A stretch of 64,000 nt of DNA, from positions 16,075 through 80,074 of the forward strand of contig JAPLFO010000149.1 of the NCBI GenBank assembly GCA_026390635.1, given 5' to 3'. This DNA is from Ignavibacteriales bacterium (GTDB taxonomy: Bacteria; Bacteroidota; Ignavibacteria; UBA10030; UBA8401). Below are positions 58,161 to 64,000 of the stretch, piece after piece. Below the pieces are notes generated by a model, which was not told the DNA's origin, searched no databases, and saw nothing but the letters and a program-made list of their open reading frames with translations. The number at the start of each line of letters is the position of its first letter. Position 1 is the first letter of the stretch. Position numbers and translations under genes: made by a program.

Positions 58161-59534
58161 CTACAATTGATCTGCAATTTCTTCCATTTTCATGCCGCGT
58201 GATCCCTTCACGAGCACAACATCTCCGCTTTGCGCGATTTGCCGCAGCGAAACAAGTAGATCCTGTTTGGTCGCATAGTGCTTCGCTGCCGCAAGCTGCG
58301 ATCCCCTTGCGATATTCTCCGCAAGCGGACCGACTGTCAAGAGATATTCAAAGCCCGATTTCGCCACATCGCGGCCGATTGCGATGTGCTCATCGACGGC
58401 TCTGCTGCCAAGCTCCAACATATCGGCAAGCACAACAATTTTTTTTCCAATGGAACGGATGTCTTTCAGTGTCGCAAGGGCTGCACGAACGGAATCGGGA
58501 TTCGCATTATAGGTGTCGTTGAGAATAACCATGCCGTTGCGTTCAACAATCTGCATCCGCTTTGCTGCACCTTTACATTCTCTTAATGCCGCGGCAATAG
58601 CGTGAAAAGGAACGCCGAATTTTAAACCGACTGCGGCTGCGGCAATTCCGTTGGCGAGATTATGCAAACCGGGAACGCCGATCGCGACTGGAACGGAGTA
58701 CGTCTTTGCTCCTGCTTTGAGCGTGAACGAACCGCACCCCCTGTTGTCCTGGAATAGTTTCAGCGCACGAACAGCAGCCGTCCGTCCTGTTCCATAGCCT
58801 ACTGATGCCTTGAGTGATTTCGCCGCGCCGGCCAGATTCGGATCATCAACATTTACAAATGCAATTCCTTTCGGCCCGAGTGCGCGAAATAGTTCCATTT
58901 CCTCCCGGGCCACGCCGTCCAGATTGCCGAAGAATTCAAGATGCTCATTGCCGATATTGGTGATCAGCGCATGCGTCGGCTGCGCAATCGAACAGAGATA
59001 CTTCAGTTCACCGGGGTGATTTGTTCCAAGCTCCAGCACCGCCATCTGATGCTTTCTTTTCAGCCGGAAGATCATCTGCGGAACACCGATGTGATTGTTG
59101 AGATTTCCCTGCGTTCCAAGCACCCGGTATTTTTTTTCGAGAACGGCAACGATCATTTCTTTGGTCGTCGTTTTGCCGTTGCTGCCGCCGACGGCGATGA
59201 CTGGAATTGGAAATTTATTGCGATAGATCCGTGCGAGATCGCCCAGCGCCTTCGTCGTATCCGGTACGACAAAGAACGGTATCGACAGCGTGCGCATCTC
59301 TGCGGCATGCTCGAAGAACCACGCTTCGTCCACCATGACGGCCGCTGCGCCTTGTGTCACAACATCGCGCACAAAATAATGTCCGTCAAACGATTCTCCG
59401 CGCAGCGCAATAAACAGATCACCCGCGGCAATAGTGCGTGAATCTGTTGAGACGCTGCTCAATATGACCTTCGGCGCCGACAAATTCATGACGCGAATTC
59501 CATCCAGCTGCAGTATGTCTGTCAGTGTCATCAT
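58161..59534 (-). CDS. murF: UDP-MurNAc-tripeptide--D-Ala-D-Ala ligase
   Basis: GSNGKTTTKE, NNHIGVP, DTYNANPDS, KGSRGM. Confidence 0.96.
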   Translation of the reverse strand: MMTLTDILQLDGIRVMNLSAPKVILSSVSTDSRTIAAGDLFIALRGESFDGHYFVRDVVTQGAAAVMVDEAWFFEHAAEMRTLSIPFFVVPDTTKALGDLARIYRNKFPIPVIAVGGSNGKTTTKEMIVAVLEKKYRVLGTQGNLNNHIGVPQMIFRLKRKHQMAVLELGTNHPGELKYLCSIAQPTHALITNIGNEHLEFFGNLDGVAREEMELFRALGPKGIAFVNVDDPNLAGAAKSLKASVGYGTGRTAAVRALKLFQDNRGCGSFTLKAGAKTYSVPVAIGVPGLHNLANGIAAAAVGLKFGVPFHAIAAALRECKGAAKRMQIVERNGMVILNDTYNANPDSVRAALATLKDIRSIGKKIVVLADMLELGSRAVDEHIAIGRDVAKSGFEYLLTVGPLAENIARGSQLAAAKHYATKQDLLVSLRQIAQSGDVVLVKGSRGMKMEEIADQL

Positions 59535-61036
59535 CAGAGATAGTGTTGCACCGTTTCTTTGTCGCTGAAATGCCGCTTTTCTGTACCGATCACCTGATAC
59601 TCTTCATGTCCTTTTCCGGCGATAAGCACGACATCACCGGGACAAGCCATTGCACACGCCTGTTGAATCGCTGCAGCGCGATCGGGTTCGCATACTACTT
59701 TTTCCGGACGTCGGAGCTGCGCACAGATATTCCGTATGATCGCATTGGGATCTTCCGTTCGCGGATTGTCTGATGTCACAATTACAATGTCGCTCTTCTC
59801 CTCGGCAATGTACCCCATGAGGGGCCGCTTGCCTTTGTCCCGATCACCGCCGGCACCGAAGACGGTTATGATTCGCCCCCGGTTTTCCAGGGGCATAACC
59901 TCGCCGATCGTCGCAAGGCATTTTTCCAGAGCATCCGGTGTGTGAGCATAGTCGATCACGGCGCACCACCCTTTGGAAGAGTCCAGGCGTTCGAATCTGC
60001 CGGGAGCGGCGGTAAAGGAGCGCAATCCTTCCTGGATTTCTGTCCCGTTTATTCCGATGGAGAGACAGACGGCCGTCGCACCAAGCGCATTGGAAATATT
60101 AAAACGCCCGACCAGCGGTGTGTTGATCGCATAGGTTGCAGTAGGTGTTTTCACGCTGTACGTTGTTCCGCTCATCGCGAGGGCGACGGCGTCCGCTTGA
60201 ACATCTGCGCCAGGGCTCAGTCCGTAGGTCATACGGCGCGCCGTACAGTCTCTGACGATCTTCGATCCCCAAGGATCATCAGCATTCGTCACTGCAATTG
60301 CGCCAGTCGACAAGGTGTCGAAGAGCGATTTCTTTGCACCAAAATATTCGTCCATCGTCAGATGGTAGTCCAGGTGATCCTGCGTCAGATTTGTGAAAAC
60401 TGCCTCATCAAAATCCAGTCCGAACACGCGCTGTTGATGCAGGGCATGGGACGATACTTCCATGACAACAGCCGAACACCCGACATTTTTCATTTTTAAA
60501 AGATGTTCATGCAGTTCCAGCGACTCCGGCGTTGTATGTGTTGCCGGCACTTGCTCGGTTCCAACAATCGTTTCGATCGTTCCTATCAGCCCGACCAACG
60601 GATACCGCTTACTCTGCTGCAGCAAATGGCGGATCAGGTAGGCGGTTGTTGTCTTTCCGTTCGTTCCTGTGACGCCTATCAACTGCATCGACTTTGCGGG
60701 ATACTGATACCATGCCGCTGCGAGTTTCGCCAGTGCGCGCCGTGAACTCGAGACGACAATCTTTACGACACCGGTATGCATAAAATATGAGTCCGGCACC
60801 GCATCGTCATCTTCCATCACCACCGCTGTGGCGCCGCGGGAAATGGCATCCGTCACATACTGATGCCCATCGGTCTTACTGCCCCGCAGGGCGACAAACA
60901 TTTCGCCCCTCTGGATCTTCGCCGAGTTGTATTGAATACCCGCAATCTCGACATCATGCGTCACCGCCATCGCACCAAACGTCGTCTGGAACATTTTTGA
61001 GACAGGAACATTTTCCAACAACTGTCCGAGAGTCAT
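59534..61036 (-). CDS. murE: UDP-MurNAc-dipeptide--meso-DAP ligase
   Basis: GTNGKTTT, MEVSSH, DYAHTPD, DNPR (DAP-type), GKGHE. Confidence 0.96.
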   Translation of the reverse strand: MTLGQLLENVPVSKMFQTTFGAMAVTHDVEIAGIQYNSAKIQRGEMFVALRGSKTDGHQYVTDAISRGATAVVMEDDDAVPDSYFMHTGVVKIVVSSSRRALAKLAAAWYQYPAKSMQLIGVTGTNGKTTTAYLIRHLLQQSKRYPLVGLIGTIETIVGTEQVPATHTTPESLELHEHLLKMKNVGCSAVVMEVSSHALHQQRVFGLDFDEAVFTNLTQDHLDYHLTMDEYFGAKKSLFDTLSTGAIAVTNADDPWGSKIVRDCTARRMTYGLSPGADVQADAVALAMSGTTYSVKTPTATYAINTPLVGRFNISNALGATAVCLSIGINGTEIQEGLRSFTAAPGRFERLDSSKGWCAVIDYAHTPDALEKCLATIGEVMPLENRGRIITVFGAGGDRDKGKRPLMGYIAEEKSDIVIVTSDNPRTEDPNAIIRNICAQLRRPEKVVCEPDRAAAIQQACAMACPGDVVLIAGKGHEEYQVIGTEKRHFSDKETVQHYL

Positions 61037-61043
61037 AGGCCGT

Positions 61044-63197
61044 TCAATGGACTCGTTCGCAAACGAGAACGATTTTTGTATTCTTTGTTACAGGAGCGCC
61101 CGCTTCGGGATACTGCGCCGTTACCACTCCCGACCCTTTGACGGTGGCTTCGAGTTGCTCTGATGCAAGCCGCGTGATCGCACGACGCACGCTCATTCCT
61201 TTCAAATCCGGAACCTGGAGTGCAGAACCCGACGCAACCATTGGATCGTTTTGCGTGAAGAGATGAATGGTGGCACCCGGCCGCACTATCGAACCCGCTT
61301 CAGGCGACTGTCGCAAAACGACATCGCCCGTTCCAAGAGCGCTGGCGGCTATTCCTCTTTCGTGCAGTTGCTCCGCTGCGGCGTCTCTCTTAAGATTCTT
61401 CACATCCGGTACGACGACCATGGACGAGTCACGCAGCGGAGAAAGGGACGCGGTACGTATCTGCGTCACGATACCATAATTGTTGAGAAGCCGTTCGGTA
61501 ATCGCCTTGAAAATCGGTGCGCTCACCATGCCGCCTGTATAGCCGATCGCCTTCGGGTTCTCCAGCATCACCAAGCATAACACTTCAGGGCGGTCTGCCG
61601 GATAGAAACCAACAAACGATGCGTTATATCGTCCCTCTTTATATTCGCCTTCCATCGTTTTGCGCGATGTGCCCGTTTTTCCTGCGATGCTCATACCGGG
61701 AATTCTTGCGACCAAACCCGTTCCGCGTTCCACCACACCGACCAGAAATTCCCTCATCGTCGCCGCTGTCGCCTCGGAAACAACCCGCCGAATTGCCTGA
61801 GGTTCTGCTGTATAGATCAGCTCGCCCGTTTCACTGAACTCTTTCGCGATGATATACGGTTTCATCAGTGTCCCACCGTTTGCAATTGTCGCATATGCCA
61901 GGGCAATCTGCAGCGGTGTCACGCCGACTTCGTAGCCGTAGGCAATGGAATTCAATGACGTCATGGACCATTCCACCGGCTTATTCAGATTACCGCCCGC
62001 TTCTCCGGGTAGTTCGATGCCCGTTTGCATTCCGAAGCCCATCGTGCGTGCTTGAGTGTAGAGCCGTTCCGCTCCGATGATGTCGCTGACTTTCGCCATA
62101 ACGATATTGCTGGACACCTCCATGGCCTTCTCAAACGTGATCATTCCGCTCTCATGTGTATCGTTGATCACGCGAAATTTACCGTTGTTGAGCGCGACGC
62201 GATATTTTCCGTTTTCGCCAAAGAACATTTGGTCGGGACGTACCAGATGATTTTCCAGCGCAGCCGCAACCGTCACCAGCTTGAACACCGATCCCGGTTC
62301 CACAACATCCGTCACCGCGCGGTTTTTCAGCGTCTGCATATCCACGCCCGACATTGCGCTCGGAGTGAACGCAGGATATTGCGCCATCGCCAGAATTTCT
62401 CCCGTTTGCGGCTTTAGTACGATTGCGACTCCCGCATCGGCGTTGGCACGGATCGCGCCTTTTTTCAACTCCTCCAGAACGATGGACTGAAATCCGACAT
62501 CGATTGTCAATTGAATCGAATGGCCATCCACCGGTTCCACTCTCGGATAATCGACCGATGGACGGGGACGGCCGAGTCCGTCGAGCTGCATAATCACCCA
62601 TCCATCTACACCACGCAGCTGCTTGTCGTACGAATATTCAGCGCCGCTGATTCCGGTATTGTCGAAGTTTGTTGCACCGACAATCTGCCCGCCGATTTCT
62701 TCGTAGTGATACAACCGTTTCGGCTCGTTGATCTGTACGACGCCTTCCAGTTTCTTGACATCGATCGACTTCGCAAGATCCGGTTTCACACGACGTTCCA
62801 GCCATACAAAGCGCCGGCCGGCAACAATTTTCTCGCGGTAGTACGACTCCGGCTTACCGAAGGTACGCGCAAAGACTTGCGCAATCTTGCCGGCAGATTT
62901 TGAGGCAATCTTCGGATCCGCATAGAACGATACGAACAGTGCGTTCGACGCCAGCGTGATGCCATTCCGGTCCGTGATCGTTCCCCGCCTGGACGGCAGA
63001 TCCATTTTTGATTCATACTGGCGGCGTGCGATCTCCTGGTAGCGACCGGACTCCACAATCTGAATCTGTATCAGGCGCGCAACAGCAACGATGAAAAAGA
63101 AAATCAGCGTACCTTTTACAACGCCAAATCGCCGCGACACACTGGCCGGCACGGGCGGTATGCGGGGAGTGTCCGTATGTCGGGCAAACAGTTTCAT
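61044..63197 (-). CDS. ftsI: Class B penicillin-binding protein FtsI with two PASTA domains
   Basis: RGTITDRNG, SVFK, SSN, KTGT; VPDV and VPDL PASTA repeats. Confidence 0.93.
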   Translation of the reverse strand: MKLFARHTDTPRIPPVPASVSRRFGVVKGTLIFFFIVAVARLIQIQIVESGRYQEIARRQYESKMDLPSRRGTITDRNGITLASNALFVSFYADPKIASKSAGKIAQVFARTFGKPESYYREKIVAGRRFVWLERRVKPDLAKSIDVKKLEGVVQINEPKRLYHYEEIGGQIVGATNFDNTGISGAEYSYDKQLRGVDGWVIMQLDGLGRPRPSVDYPRVEPVDGHSIQLTIDVGFQSIVLEELKKGAIRANADAGVAIVLKPQTGEILAMAQYPAFTPSAMSGVDMQTLKNRAVTDVVEPGSVFKLVTVAAALENHLVRPDQMFFGENGKYRVALNNGKFRVINDTHESGMITFEKAMEVSSNIVMAKVSDIIGAERLYTQARTMGFGMQTGIELPGEAGGNLNKPVEWSMTSLNSIAYGYEVGVTPLQIALAYATIANGGTLMKPYIIAKEFSETGELIYTAEPQAIRRVVSEATAATMREFLVGVVERGTGLVARIPGMSIAGKTGTSRKTMEGEYKEGRYNASFVGFYPADRPEVLCLVMLENPKAIGYTGGMVSAPIFKAITERLLNNYGIVTQIRTASLSPLRDSSMVVVPDVKNLKRDAAAEQLHERGIAASALGTGDVVLRQSPEAGSIVRPGATIHLFTQNDPMVASGSALQVPDLKGMSVRRAITRLASEQLEATVKGSGVVTAQYPEAGAPVTKNTKIVLVCERVH

Positions 63198-63589
63198 CGA
63201 TCCTGACCATACAGTTTCTGTTCATCGATATCAAACCATCCGGGCGGCTCCGAAGGATCGACCATGCCCAGCTGTTCCGAAGCAATCGAGGCGATCCGTC
63301 CACGCGTCGACTTTTTCTTGATTTCCGCCTGTATCATACCGTTCTGATTGACCAATGTTGTGTGCTTCACCCGGAGATCATTAATCTCTTTCGAGAGCTG
63401 ATTGACCGCGATGATATTGCTGGTGTAGAGCAGGCAGACAATGGCGATGCCAAAGAACAATCCTACAATATTGAAGGTGGAGTGGCGCCGCCGCACCGTT
63501 TTCCGGTTGGATTTGGGCGCCTTCCGCTGTGCCAGCACGTCGGGATCGGATGCCAGCCCGCCGGTATAGATACGTCGATCGTCCGCCAC
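63194..63589 (-). CDS. ftsL: Cell division protein FtsL-like
   Basis: One TM plus coiled coil, IASEQLGM; lies between rsmH and ftsI; GTG start after GAGG. Confidence 0.75.
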   Translation of the reverse strand: MADDRRIYTGGLASDPDVLAQRKAPKSNRKTVRRRHSTFNIVGLFFGIAIVCLLYTSNIIAVNQLSKEINDLRVKHTTLVNQNGMIQAEIKKKSTRGRIASIASEQLGMVDPSEPPGWFDIDEQKLYGQDR

Positions 63590-63596
63590 ACATTCC

Positions 63597-64000
63597 TCAC
63601 ACCTTTTCCGCGGCACGCAGTTTTGCACTGCGTGAACGGGGATTTTGCCTCTGTTCCTCTTCCGATGCTGTGACCGGTTTGCGCGTCAACAAGCGTAACT
63701 GCGGTGTCAGCAGCGTGTCGGGGATCAATGGATGCGCCGAACGTTTTGAAACTGCGGAGCGTTCAGCGAAAAAATTCTTCACAATCCTGTCTTCCAGCGA
63801 ATGGTATGACAGAATGACGATACGTCCTGCCGGTGCAAGGAGATCAACGGCATCGGCAAGAACATGTTTGAGATTTTCGAGTTCGTTGTTGACTTCGATA
63901 CGCAGTGCTTGGAAGACGCGGGAAAGTGTCTTGATGCGGTACTTGGCGCCGGCAGTGTCTTCAATGACTGCCGCCAGATCGCCTGTCGTTTCGATGGGAC
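63597..64000 (-). CDS. rsmH: 16S rRNA m4C1402 methyltransferase, 3' part only
   Basis: FQALRIEVNNEL, SYHSLEDRIVK, NPRSRSAKLR. Confidence 0.96.
   Translation of the reverse strand, partial: PIETTGDLAAVIEDTAGAKYRIKTLSRVFQALRIEVNNELENLKHVLADAVDLLAPAGRIVILSYHSLEDRIVKNFFAERSAVSKRSAHPLIPDTLLTPQLRLLTRKPVTASEEEQRQNPRSRSAKLRAAEKV

Noticed and set aside
55418-58170. Long plus-strand ORFs of 375 and 464 aa
   Set aside because: Antisense shadows of murD and mraY.

Overview
64 kb window from a bacterium of the FCB group, most like Ignavibacteria/Bacteroidota. The basis is eight genes ending in a QN(Y/F)PNPFNP-type T9SS/FlgD-Ig C-terminal sorting domain and a dcw cluster without murB/ddl. The right third (42.7-64 kb, minus strand) is core genome: rsmH(partial)-ftsL-ftsI-murE-murF-mraY-murD-ftsW-murG-hyp-murC-ftsQ-ftsA-ftsZ, then DUF2752, TM2, DUF4159 and DUF4175. 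The left two thirds are accessory. They hold a GC-rich FG-GAP/Ig adhesin; two relics of an island end (tRNA-Asn-like 3' end, terminator and HTH pseudogene) bracketing four secreted proteins; an AbiE type IV toxin-antitoxin pair between 31-bp direct repeats; two ECF sigma/anti-sigma units; DUF1846; two secreted CotH kinases; and a kinase-less TPR sensor. The best candidate for an undescribed system is 25.7-37.9 kb. There a PhnD-like binding protein, histidine kinase and sigma54 activator sit divergent from an operon of two CYTH-type proteins, an SLC13/DASS transporter, an OprO/OprP porin, lamin-tail-domain (LTD) proteins and a YjiK propeller. This suggests sensing, capture, import and hydrolysis of condensed phosphates (inference). 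The same lysine-loop LTD module recurs in the adjacent ECF-linked CotH kinase. Family calls are from motif recognition by eye; no searches were run.
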